From: Oopsacas minuta
Lineage: Eukaryota; Animalia; Porifera
NCBI GenBank assembly: GCA_024704765.1
Contig: JAKMXF010000336.1
Span: 62,001 to 126,000, forward strand
Length of the DNA: 64,000 bases
Direction: 5' to 3'
In this document: positions 1 to 10,966 of the stretch, one piece after another
Position numbering within the stretch: the first letter of the stretch is position 1
How the letters are laid out: the number at the start of each line of letters is the position of its first letter
Position numbers and translations under genes: made by a program
Notes under the pieces: generated by a model
The model's input: only the letters and a program-made list of their open reading frames with translations
What the model was told of the DNA's origin: nothing
Database searches by the model: none

Positions 1-406
1 CCTTTTGAATACATGTTTTTACATTTGAGCAAACTATACTCTTCCCATATTATGTATTATTCCTGGTTGTATTTCACCTCTTATAGAGGATGCCTTCATG
101 TTATAACGACATCATACGCCCGAACTATCCCTCGATTTCTAGTTTTGCGATTAACATCAAATTGCTATTCTAATCGTTACGATATTCCACCTATTTCTGA
201 TATCATTAGTTCCTCTCCTTTAGGGAGATGCACATTAGTGCTTGGCCAAAAAATGAAATGAGATGTGAGCGCTCCTCATTAAAGCTAAGCTATTTCTTAT
301 AAAAAGTTGGCTCACGCGCCCCGATTATGTAGCAGAGGTTGCCATCAATTTAAGTCAAGTTTGACTACTGTACTATACTCGTAATATTCTCTTGAGTTTA
401 GTTCAG
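1..406 (+). repeat. 3' flank module of an NHL cassette whose gene lies just upstream of the window
   Basis: Same sequence as the flank following the NHL stop codons at 9360-9790, 18540-18985, 42790-43238 and 61110-61543 (e.g. ctcctcattaaagctaagctatttcttata). Confidence 0.85.
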
Positions 407-633
407 ATGTCTAAACCTGGGTTTTCCGGTAAACCTGAATCTGCTATAAAGCGTGCAGATGAGTTCATTGAAGTAGAGAAATACGACGATGCTATAGAAG
501 TTCTATTCGATGTTCTCAGGAATAAACGTAACAGAAATAAAGTGAATGAACAGGTTTAGTGATAATCAAATTCTGTCAGCTTTGTGTTGATCACGGGAAG
601 ACTACCTCTGCTAAAGATGGTCTCTATCAATTC
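407..633 (+). pseudogene. EIF3A: eIF3a N-terminal fragment, copy 1 (frameshifted, truncated)
   Basis: MSKPGFSGKPESAIKRADEFIEVEKYDDAIEVLFDVLRNKR...LCVDHGKTTSAKDGLYQF matches the eIF3a N-terminal pattern PENALKRANEF...ALDVLYDV...LCVDLRK...AKEGLYQY. There is a 2-nt loss after gaacag. Confidence 0.8.
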
Positions 634-1490
634 TTGTAATTCACTTTTACTACGTATATTTGACTGCTGAAGTGTGTAATGATTTTACTCGCTGAGCTAA
701 TTCCTGATTAACGCAATACAAGATTTAATTAGTTTGCAATATACAGTTACACCATTGTGGTATCAATGACAGCTCTGTAGTTAGTATAGCAAAGTATATT
801 TAAGGAAGATTATAGATAACTCTTCTTAGAAGACTTATTACCTAACAAATTCTACAAACGGAAAATTCCTATCATTAATCACGACACAATGGTTACTACA
901 AAGACTCGAGCAAACAACTTTTCAGCTTATACTTAACTAATACTTAGATCTTCCTTAGTTTTCTGTCCAATTAAGTATATACTAAGTATTGGTTAAGTAT
1001 ATGTGCATTGATGGAAACTTGGCAAAAACTAACTTAGTACTTAATTTCGAGTTAAGTTTAAGTTTTAGCTTAAGTTACGTAGTTTAGTGAATAAGGCCCT
1101 AGGGTCTAATATATGATACTCTCTATGAGTTATCAGCTCTCTCTGAATTACTACAACATCGTGCCATTACAATTATTTATACTGATAAAATGATTCACAG
1201 AACAATTCGATGTCTAGAAAACTTGATCGAGAATGGAGGGACTAGTTAGTGGAAAGAATATTCCGCGACAGATCTAATTCGCACAAACATATATTGTAAC
1301 GATTATATATCAGAATGTCAAAGCATGGAATATTCTGTATTCTACTATAAACTACCAGTTTGAAATTTCATGTAATTTTTGGAGATGATTGAAAAGGACT
1401 ATATTCGGGAAACTACCAAAGCATTAGACTATAAATAAGATTAAATCGATAGTATAAATGAATTTTGAAAAATTGAAAACATTTCAAGAT

Positions 1491-1565
1491 GTCCATAAAT
1501 TACAAAAGTCTATAAATTACAAAAGTCTATAAATTACAAAAGTCTATAAATTACAAATGTCCATA
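1491..1565. repeat. 17-bp tandem repeat (ctataaattacaaaagt), about 4 units
   Basis: Units read directly in the sequence. Confidence 0.9.
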
Positions 1566-2837
1566 CATTTGTCAATGTGTGGACATTTTGTAATTTATCA
1601 CGAAATATTTGTACTATTTTGCCCGATAACGAGTTTGTCTTAGTTAAATCTTTCCAAAATCCCATATACGTTATTGCTTTTAGCACAATTTTTCGTACAG
1701 TGGAAGCTGCCTGATGGTCGGGCTAGGTAGGCCCTGTGCTCCACTTGATTTTGAGCTGCCCTCCCTTTTAATATAAGTATGCCCATTTGAACCACCTGTG
1801 ACGTAATTGTACCCTACCAGTAGCAGCTGACTAGCGCGCCTCTGTGTACAGTATTACATAACACTGCTCTAATTGTGTATTAATGGTTTTCTTACAACAA
1901 AACAGTCCAATAGTCTTCTCCGTTTCTTTCTTTATCAAATTCATTATAATACTTTATTGTCCTCAATTTATGTTCGTATGTATAGTTGCTCTGTTCTCTT
2001 TTTGATTTATCTAAAAACTTATTTTCTGCATTTCTAAGTTACCTACACCAGACATACCCGGAAAGCTTTCCTTTCAACCTCTATAACAATATCGAACTGC
2101 GGATCCAAAGGTAGTCAAACATTATATTATCATATCATAATATTGCTCATTCGTAACTACGTATTAAGTATTTGGGGGTGCTCAAAGGATAGGCGTAGTC
2201 CGCGGATTGAAAAAGAGCGAAGTTACTAGCGCTCAGATCAGATTATCTTTGCTGCTGCCAGAAGTTCTCGCTAACTGACAGATTATATCTTCTGGAGTGT
2301 ATACTATATCCAATTCATTCACCTAAATAGAATAGCAAGAATTACAGTAACTCTGGGTTATATCGAAGTTCTGGGTATCCCGGATTCATTTCGTTATGAG
2401 CTGAGTAAATTAAATACTTTCAAGCAATAATGAGTAAAGAATCAATTAATGGGAGTTTCGTTAAAACAGATTAAACATAACGGAGCTTTTTGTAAGTTAA
2501 ATTGAACATTACTCATTTCCAGAACGACGGATGTATTCAGTGATAGATACGTGAATTATCTTAGTTTTCAGAGTAAAGCGAATATTTTTCTATTGAAAAT
2601 GAATTCGACATTGTATTGGAAGAAAATTGATATATTTGACAAAATATGACATAATAGGAATATTTTGAGTATCGAAAAGTTACATTAGACGCTGTCACAA
2701 TGTATCGAAATATTGAATTTTCCAGATAAGAAGCGTATTTGTGATTTCTTAAAGATTCATAACGGTAGTTGAGTACGAGAATTTGAGTGGGGTAAACTCA
2801 TTTTATAGATTTACAGACCTAATGTTTAGCATACTTA

Positions 2838-3072
2838 TCGTAGTCTGGGGCTACTTTGGCTTACTGGGTATGCTTTAGGGTAAATATTAAAGTTTTAAAG
2901 AAAGTAGATTAGATTCAGTGTTATAACTGAAAATGACAGGCCAAATTGTTAACGAATTTTCAAATATCGATAGACAATTTCGAATACAAATACAATATCT
3001 ATTCGATACTAAGAAAATTTCAATATTTGGGCTAAAGCAAACACAGTGGGGGAAAGTAGCCCCAGTTTACGA
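2838..3072. mobile_element. pogo/Tc1-like MITE, degenerate copy of 16875-17109
   Basis: Inverted ends ctggggctactttggc...gtagccccagtttacga; the interior is homologous to 16875-17109. Confidence 0.7.
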
Positions 3073-3649
3073 TACTCATAATTGGGAAGGGGCTACAGAG
3101 GATATTAATATAATATATAGGAAGAACCATGGATGTTGAATTTAATGAGAGTTTTGTACTTTGTTGTATTCGATGGATAATGAATTCAGAATCCCATGAA
3201 TATCGTATTACCTCGAATAATATTCGGGGCAATTAGATATTCCAAACCCCCTTGAGAGGGAAGTTTCAATTTTCCAAACACGATAATTTCCATATAATCC
3301 TATGTACTTGTATTATGTGTATTTATGTGAATAAAAATAAATCAAAATAAAGGAGAAATGACGGTTCACTTTAAGCAGTCATTCATTATAGGAGCTTCAG
3401 GGGGGCGAATAAATATTCGAGATAATACACTATCTCATGTCCTGAAATATATTGTATATCGTGCGTATCATCAGCACAGCCCGAGGCACGAATTGCGGAT
3501 GACAACTAAACAATAACAGCTCATTACTGATAGTCCGAATCATTGGGAAGGGGCGATAATTTCAATTTCGGGCATAGTCGCCGTGGCCACCATAGCCTCG
3601 CCACCCCAGGTAAATGAAGCTTGCTAGGAACAAATAGATATTAACTCAC

Positions 3650-4041
3650 CATCATAAACGGTACAATCTCAACAAGATCTAACATTACAGATTTTCCTGA
3701 GCAGATCTAGTCTGTGCTGAGCTATGCATCAGAGCTGGTTTATCATTTGAATAATTCAGAAATTTCTCCACTACAGAATGCAATAAATTCAAATTCTGAG
3801 AACAGATAATTCGGAATTGATAGAAACCATCTTCAGCAAAGGTAGTCTTCCCGTGATCAACACAAAGCTAACAGAATTTGATTATCAATAAACTCTGTTC
3901 ATTCACTTTATCTCTGTGACGTTTATTCCTGAGAACATCGAATAGAACTTCTATAGCATCGTCGTATTTCTCTACTTCAATGAACTCATCTGCACGATTT
4001 ATAGCAGATTCAGGTTTATCGGAAAACCCAGGTTTAGACAT
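3650..4041 (-). pseudogene. EIF3A: eIF3a first coding exon, copy 2 (premature stop and frameshift)
   Basis: ttcag|ATGTCTAAACC start, MSKPGFSDKPESAINRADEF..., tgt TAG stop, and an ATG|GTGAGT donor at the end. Confidence 0.8.
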
Positions 4042-4496
4042 CTGAACTAAACTCAAGAGAATATTACGAGTATAGTACAGTAGTCAAACTTGACTTAAAT
4101 TGATGGCAACCTCTGTATACATAATAGGGGCGCGTGAATCAACTTTGTATTTGAAATAGCTTAGCTTTAATGAGGAGCGCTTACATCTCATTTCATTTTT
4201 TGGCCAAGCACTAATGTGCATCTCCCTAAAGGAGAGGAACTAATAATATCTGAAAGAGGTGGAACATCGTAGCGAGTTTTTAGAATAGCAATTTGATGTT
4301 AATCGTAAAACTAGAAATCGAGGGATAGTTCGGGTTTATGGTGTCGTTATAACATGAAGGCATCCTCTATAAGAGGTGAAATGCAACAAAGAACAATACA
4401 TAATATGGAAAGAGTATAGTTTGTTCAAATGTAAAAAAAAGTAATTCAAAAGGAAACATAAACAAAGGTATGAACACTAGTCAAATAGAAAAATTA

Positions 4497-5345
4497 TCAA
4501 AAAATATTGAAACGATGTTCACCTCCTTCACAAACTACAATAACTCTTCCTCTGTTATCTACTGCAATACCAGAAGGACAAGCTATAGATATCTTGTGTA
4601 TCAAATCAAATTGAGAGTTGAAAATAGAAATAGAGCTAGAATAATATTCTGTAATAAGAATATTGTTAGAATTGTCAATATAGAAGAAGCAGAGATTCAT
4701 CAGCTGTAATCCATATCCTCTAGAAAGAATATTCTTATGTAGAATAAGATTATAGTTGTACAGATGAAGACAAGGATTAGATCGATCAAGAATATAAATG
4801 AATTCTTTTGTGAGTTTAACATCAACAGGAAATCTGAGGTTATCTTGTCCAAATTGTGTCTTGTAGGTAAGTTCCTTGGACAATATCTGAATACGATCAT
4901 TATCAGAATCACATATACATACCTCTCCGTTAGATTGATCGAATGTCAGCCCAAGAGGATCATAAAATTCCAATTCTCCTTTCCCAGGCTTCCCTATACT
5001 AGAAACAAACTCTCCATTAACTTGATAATTCAGAATACAGTTGTTAGCTTGCGAAATAAGAATTCTATCTCTACATATAGCTAACCCATATGGACAATTC
5101 ATCTTTCCTTCTCCTTCCTCATCTCCAAATTTGAACATAATCTTACCATTACAATCGAATACTTTCACACAATTATTCCCATAATCTGCTACATAGATAT
5201 CTCCTGTAGAATTATCAATAGTGACTCCTTGTGGACTATTAGTATTTTCGAATCCCCTTCTCCATTTACAAACACTGACTATAGGTTGTATCTTGCTCTT
5301 ATAGTCTACAGAGAATATTCTCTCTAAAGTATTAGCTGTAGCCAT
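4497..5345 (-). CDS. NHL-repeat six-bladed beta-propeller protein, propeller-only copy 1
   Basis: Open ORF with six xxPxG/IAV-D-x-IYV-D NHL repeats. The likely start is the MATAN ATG at 5345, 10 nt after a ttacag acceptor; the track ORF starts at an upstream TTG. Confidence 0.9.
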   Translation of the reverse strand: MATANTLERIFSVDYKSKIQPIVSVCKWRRGFENTNSPQGVTIDNSTGDIYVADYGNNCVKVFDCNGKIMFKFGDEEGEGKMNCPYGLAICRDRILISQANNCILNYQVNGEFVSSIGKPGKGELEFYDPLGLTFDQSNGEVCICDSDNDRIQILSKELTYKTQFGQDNLRFPVDVKLTKEFIYILDRSNPCLHLYNYNLILHKNILSRGYGLQLMNLCFFYIDNSNNILITEYYSSSISIFNSQFDLIHKISIACPSGIAVDNRGRVIVVCEGGEHRFNIF

Positions 5346-5497
5346 TAGTTCAGTTCTGTAACTAGAATAATGAAACAATTCAAATAATATAACTTATCTA
5401 TTTGACTATAAGTAATGAGAGCGACCTATACAGAGAGATATCAAATTTATATAATTATATGAATTATAAGAGAATACAGTATATTCCTCTATTCTGA

Positions 5498-6902
5498 TAG
5501 TAATATCTGATATGGTAGTCCTAACTTGTCCTCACATGCGACACATAGGGCCACTTAATGTTTGAAATGTGAATTACGTATTGATTCTCATTAGCACAGA
5601 ATTCTCTAAGGGAATTCTTTAGGTTTCCCACGTGGGATCTCTCACATGGGAATCGTTCCTATTTCCAACAAGTTATCCATAAGATTCCCTCTCATTCCTC
5701 AGTCAACCCGAGGGACGTCTCCACTGCGCATCGTGGGCTAACCCCCTTCGCAAGATCTCGTGCCCCAGGTCACCCCTTGGCTCAATATCCAAACTGTAAA
5801 ATTTCGCCTCCCTTTGCTCGCATAACAATTAGAAATGTCAACTTATGGGAATATACATATGTAACTAAAGGTCAATTATCAATATTAGAAATACAACTAA
5901 TAACTAATTCTGTAATCTTATTACGAATAACTGTAATAGTTTCTGGAGAGTTAGAAGTGGGGTTCAAGAGATGTAGGAAGTTATACTTCTGCGGTATGCC
6001 TTCCATTCTTGTGGTTTTACTTCCTTGATCTGGTGATATTGTACGTCGAGGGTGCGGTTCGACAAAACGATATAGGGCGATACTGCATTAGGGAGATTAG
6101 TACCCTTAACTTCGAGAAGTGGGGGACTTGGATCGCATCAGGCGTTCCATTAGTACTGCCAATGAACTCATCAATTATAAGAACTCTTTCGAACGAGTAC
6201 CCTTCAAAACAGCGCTCTCTAAGAGGTTTCTTGCAGAAGGATTGTCCGAATCCACGCAAAGTTGTAGTAGTTTTTCCAAGTCATGTGGAGCCATACATAT
6301 ACAACACTTGGGATTGGGCTGCATGGCTTTGAGTTTGAATGTATGAACTCGTACTCTTCGGGCTGCTCCCAGATGAGATCAAAAGAGAATGCTCCGTCGA
6401 CGAGTCGCTGATATATATTACTCTTTCTTTGGAGTTTCGACGGCGGGGGAGATCTTCTTGTGATTTCACCAGGGCTGTCGAGAGGGGGGTAGGCGGGGTA
6501 GTTACCTCGGGGTCCAGAGCCCGAGAAATTCTGTCTGTGAAGGTATGCATGGGCTTTATTGGCCGCATTAATAACTGGTACAAAAGAAAAATCCAGAGCC
6601 AGAAGGTAGTGAACTAAATCCCTAATCACCTCCCAATGGTACCCGCTAATAATTAGACCAATAAATAGTCCTATCACGTCCTCGTTTCTATACATATCTC
6701 CTTTTGAGCGCCATTTCGTATTTTTCTAAACACTGAATGCTTCCGAAAATTTCTAAAATTTCTAAAAAACTTGCACCATTGTTTAAAATCCGAAAATCCC
6801 ACGATCCATCTAGATATTGATTATCTAGGTCTGAAATAGTACGAAATAGTACAATAATTGTAAGTCTGAGAATAATGCAGAACACTAGGGTCCTAGATAT
6901 AA
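5498..6902 (-). mobile_element. About 1.4-kb insertion containing an endogenous CRESS-DNA-virus-like Rep
   Basis: It interrupts the cassette upstream region, which is contiguous in the paralogous copies (e.g. 8280-8340), and is more GC-rich than its flanks. Confidence 0.65.
5964..6695 (-). pseudogene. Rep-like HUH endonuclease plus SF3 helicase, disrupted
   Basis: Reconstructed across two frameshifts and one stop: VVYVW-GST*LGKTT (Walker A, GGA>TGA at 6281), FEGYSFERVLIIDEF (Walker B), CDPSPPLLEVKG (B'), YIVLSN (motif C) and AYRRSIT (Arg finger). Weaker HUH-like HYLLAL and AYLHR motifs lie upstream. Confidence 0.75.
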
Positions 6903-6937
6903 TTCCCCATATTTTTAATCATTAAAGAATATTTCAG

Positions 6938-7480
6938 GGCGAAATAGATCTGTCGCGGAATTTTCTGTCCAGCAGTACTAACCAGTCCTCCTGTATCAAG
7001 AAATATTTAGATAATCCAAGGAATTTTCATAATCGGAGGGTAAGTATGACATGCGTCAATGTGAAGTAGCTTCCTGACGCGTAGCTAACTAGTAGGTGAA
7101 CAGGGGTAAGGTAAGCCTTTGCTGTTTGAGAGTGCTGTAGTTTCTAGTAATGGAACAATCTTCCTATTACCCAATTCCCTAGAATGAGTGTGTAGTCAGC
7201 AGCGAATTCTAGAAATATAATCAAACACGATGAATATATGCAATCTGTATACATTCTCACAAAAGTATACATTTCCCGGTCCGATTAACCTTATCAGGGT
7301 TGTGTTTACTGATTTTTGAAAGAAGCAATTCTTTATGATAAATTCAGATGACAACTTTGATTCTGAATTGAGAACATGATCCTTCGGTCTCAACGAATAT
7401 GACACAAGGTCACGAGACATATATCCAGCTAGTGGAAAGTAAGATTATAAACTGTGGACTTTGGATGCAGCAAGATAGCC
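6938..7480 (+). pseudogene. 5' exons of unidentified gene X, divergent from NHL (dead)
   Basis: tttcag acceptor, exon GEIDLSRN..STNQSSCIKKYLDNPRN, gtaagt donor, short introns, then an exon reading ...LYTFSQK..FPGPINLIR...GHETYIQ..IINCGLWMQQD with stops. It is repeated in several cassettes. Confidence 0.55.
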
Positions 7481-7584
7481 TCTCCAATATACCAATACAA
7501 TGTACCCCAATATTAGAGCATTGGTCAGCATAATGTGCAAACTACCCGCCACAGGTTGTAGTGACTGAAGTATATATGCCAATG

Positions 7585-8274
7585 TATCAAATATGCTGAA
7601 TCTGATTTCACACATATGAATTTAACCTATCACGAAAATCTGACACAAAAAATTCTGAGTCAAAACTGACAAATAATACAATTAACCTCTACTATCTAGA
7701 TGCACCCAATGTCCACAGTTTATATTCTTCTCTCCACACGCTATACATATATCTCGTGACATCAGGCATATTCGTTGAGACAAAAGTATCATGCTCTCCA
7801 TTCAGAATCAAAGTTGGCATCTGAATTTTATCCTAAACAATTCCTTCTCTCAAAACTCAGTAAATACATTCCTGATAAAGTTAATCGGACCGATAAATAC
7901 ATGCTTTTGTGAGAATGTATACAGAAAAGTTTGCATATCTTTATCAAGTCATAAAACTTCACACTCGTTAAGTTGTCCGCACAATTCACTGCTGAAATTC
8001 GCTGCTAACTCCACACTCGTTATAGGGAATTGGGATCTAGGTACAAGATTAGCCATAACTAGAAGCTACAGCGCTCTCAAACAGTAATGGCTTAGCTTAG
8101 CCCTGTATACCTACTAGTTAGCCACGCGTCAGGAAGCTACTTTACAATGACGCCTTACGAATGTCATACTTGCCCACCTTTATGATAATTTCTGGGATCA
8201 TCTAAATATTTCTTGGTATAGGAGGGCTAGTTAGGAAAGCCAGACAGAATAGTCGGCGACAAATCAAATTCGCC
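7585..8274 (-). pseudogene. 5' exons of gene X, inverted copy upstream of NHL copy 2
   Basis: Reverse-complement homologue of 6938-7480 and 54436-55180. Confidence 0.55.
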
Positions 8275-8497
8275 CTGACAAATACTTTTGTCTTTAACGA
8301 ATAAATATATAAGAATGTCAGAGTATAGGGGAATATACTGTATTCTATTAAAATTCATATATTTGTAGATATTTGATATCTCTCTGTATAGGTCTCTGCA
8401 TTGATTTGTATTTATAGTTAGAGCTCATTACTTATAGTCAAATAGATAAGTTATATTATTTGAATTGTTTCATTATTCTAGTTACAGAACTGAACTA

Positions 8498-9358
8498 ATG
8501 TCTACAGCTAATGCTTTAGAGAGAATATTCTCTGTAGACTATAAGAACAAGATACAACCTATAGTCAGTGTTTGTATGTCTGGAAAGAGGCTAGAAAATC
8601 TTAATAGACCACAAGGAGTCACTATTGATAATTCTACAGGAGATATCTATGTAGCAGATTGTTTCAATAATTGTGTGAAAGTATTCGATTGTAATGGCCA
8701 GATTATGTTTAAATTTGGAGATGAGGAAGGAGAAGGAAAGATGAATGGTCCAATTGGGTTAGCTATATATAGAGATAGAATTCTAATTTCACAAAGTAGT
8801 AGCTGTATTCTGAATTATCACCTGAATGGAGAGTTTGTTTCCAGAATAGGGAAACTGGGTCAAGGAGAATTGGAATTTCAATATCCTCGTGGTCTGACAT
8901 TTGATGAATCTAACGGAGAGGTATACATATGTGATTCTAATAATAATCGTATTCAGATACTGTCCAAAGAACTTACCTACAAGACACAGTTTGGACAAGA
9001 TTACCTCAAATCTCCTCTTGATGTTAAACTTACAAAAGAATTCATTTATATTCTTGATGAATCTAATCTTTGTTTTCATCTGTACAACTATAATCTTATC
9101 CTACATAAGAGTATTTTTTCTAGAGGACGTGGATTACAGCTGATTTATCCCAAATTCTTCGATATTGACAATTCTAACAATATTCTTATTACAGATTATA
9201 ATTATACCTTTTCTTCTGACTATATTTCTATATTCAACACCCAATTTGATTTGATACACAAGATATTTATATGTTATCCTTCAGGTATTACAGTAGATAA
9301 CAGAGGAAAAGTTATTGTAGTTTGTGATGGAGGTGAACATTGTCTCAATATTTTTTGA
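8498..9358 (+). CDS. NHL beta-propeller protein, propeller-only copy 2
   Basis: Open ORF with six NHL repeats; MSTAN start after the acceptor. Confidence 0.9.
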   Translation: MSTANALERIFSVDYKNKIQPIVSVCMSGKRLENLNRPQGVTIDNSTGDIYVADCFNNCVKVFDCNGQIMFKFGDEEGEGKMNGPIGLAIYRDRILISQSSSCILNYHLNGEFVSRIGKLGQGELEFQYPRGLTFDESNGEVYICDSNNNRIQILSKELTYKTQFGQDYLKSPLDVKLTKEFIYILDESNLCFHLYNYNLILHKSIFSRGRGLQLIYPKFFDIDNSNNILITDYNYTFSSDYISIFNTQFDLIHKIFICYPSGITVDNRGKVIVVCDGGEHCLNIF

Positions 9359-9801
9359 TATATTTTTCTATTTTACTAGTGTTCATACCTTTGCATATGT
9401 TTCCTATTGAATATCTTTTTTTACATTTGAACAAACTATACTCTTCCCATAATATGTAATATTCCTTGTTGTATTTCACCTCTTATAGAGGATGCCTTCA
9501 TGTTATAACGACGCCATAAGCCCGAACAATCCCTCGATTTCTAGTTTTGCGATTAACGTCAAATTGCTATTTTAAATACTCGATACGATGTTCCACATAA
9601 TTCAGGTATCATTAGTTCCTCTCCTTTAGGGAGATGCACATTAGTGTTTGGCCAAAATATGAGATGAGATGTAAGCGCTCCTCATTAAAGTTAAGCTATT
9701 TCTTATAAAAAGTTAGCTCACGGTCCCCTATTATGTATACATAGGTTGCCATCAATTTCAGCCAAGTTTGACTACTGTACTATACTTGTAATTCTCATGA
9801 A

Positions 9802-9875
9802 ACTCAGCACAGACTAGATCTGCTCAGGAAAAATCTCTAATGTTAGATCTGGTTGAGATTGTGCCGTTTATGATG
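9802..9875 (+). pseudogene. EIF3A: eIF3a exon 3' remnant, copy 3 (most of the exon deleted)
   Basis: Only ctcagcacagactagatctgctcagg...ATG|GTGAGT is retained. Confidence 0.7.
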
Positions 9876-10966
9876 GTGAGTTAATATCTATTTGTTACTA
9901 ACGAGCTTCATTCACTTGGGGCGGCGAGGCTATGGTGGCTACGGGGACTAAGTCCCCGAAATTGTAATTATCGCTCCTTCTGGATGATCCCTGGACTATC
10001 AGTAATGTGCTGTTATTGTTTAGTTGCCATCCGCAATTCGTGCCTCGGGTGGTGCTGATACGCACGATATACAATATATTTCAGGACTTGAGTTAGCGTA
10101 TTACCTCGAATATTTATTCGTCCCCCTGAAGCTCCTAGAATGAATGACTGCTTAAAGTGAATCGTCATTTCTCCTTACTTTGATTTATTATTATTCAGAT
10201 AAATACACATAATGCAAGTACATAGGATAATATCGAAATTATCGTGTTTACAAAATTGAAACTTCCCTCTCAAGGAGGTTTGGAATATCTAATCGCCCCG
10301 GATATTATTCGAGGTAATACGATATTCATGGGATTCTGAATTCATTATCCATCGAATACTACAAAGTACAAAATTCTCATAAAATTCAACATCCATGGTT
10401 CTTCCTATATATTATATTAATATCCTCTGTAGCCCCTTCCCAATTTATGAGTATCGTAAACTGTGGCTACTTTGGCCCACTGGGTTTGCTTCAAGTAACA
10501 CCATGGACACTCATATCGTAGTATTTTGAGGAGAGTATAGAATTCTGAGATTTATGTATGTAACACGAATTGTACATGTGGTTCATTGTAATACTCAACT
10601 ATCTATACACTGGAGATGCAATGTGCCTTACAAATTACAATATTTCCCTATATACAGTTTACAAAGTGATAATTATTCACTTATTTTTGGATCGCAAAGT
10701 GACTGAATAACATTTTATTGATTTTTATAAAGTTAATAAGAGTTTCAGAGAGTGTATAAGTAAACATGAAACGTTACTATATTCAATGATCCATCGTCGT
10801 AAGCATAAAACATCTCTTTCTCTCTAAACTAATTGTGTCTTAATCAAGGTTGCAACCGAATAGTTCAATATTCGGATACCAACCGAATATCAGTATTCTG
10901 TATTCGGTTGGTCCAAACCGAATATTATCAGTATTCGCTTAAGCAACTATTCATGAATACTGATAT

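Noticed and set aside
4764-5084. Recurrent antisense and alternate-frame ORFs over NHL genes (MKTRIRSIKN..., MNLTERYTY...)
   Set aside because: They are shadows of the repeated CDS, with inconsistent lengths and stops and no recognisable domain.
5905-5930. Hairpin with TATTAC as a CRESS replication origin
   Set aside because: The loop does not fit the NANTATTAC nonanucleotide and the stem is short and AT-rich.
8465-8497. MFHYSSYRTEL as the true N-terminus of the NHL proteins
   Set aside because: It starts at a TTG inside a pyrimidine tract and spans a splice acceptor; the ATG of MATAN is the plausible eukaryotic start.
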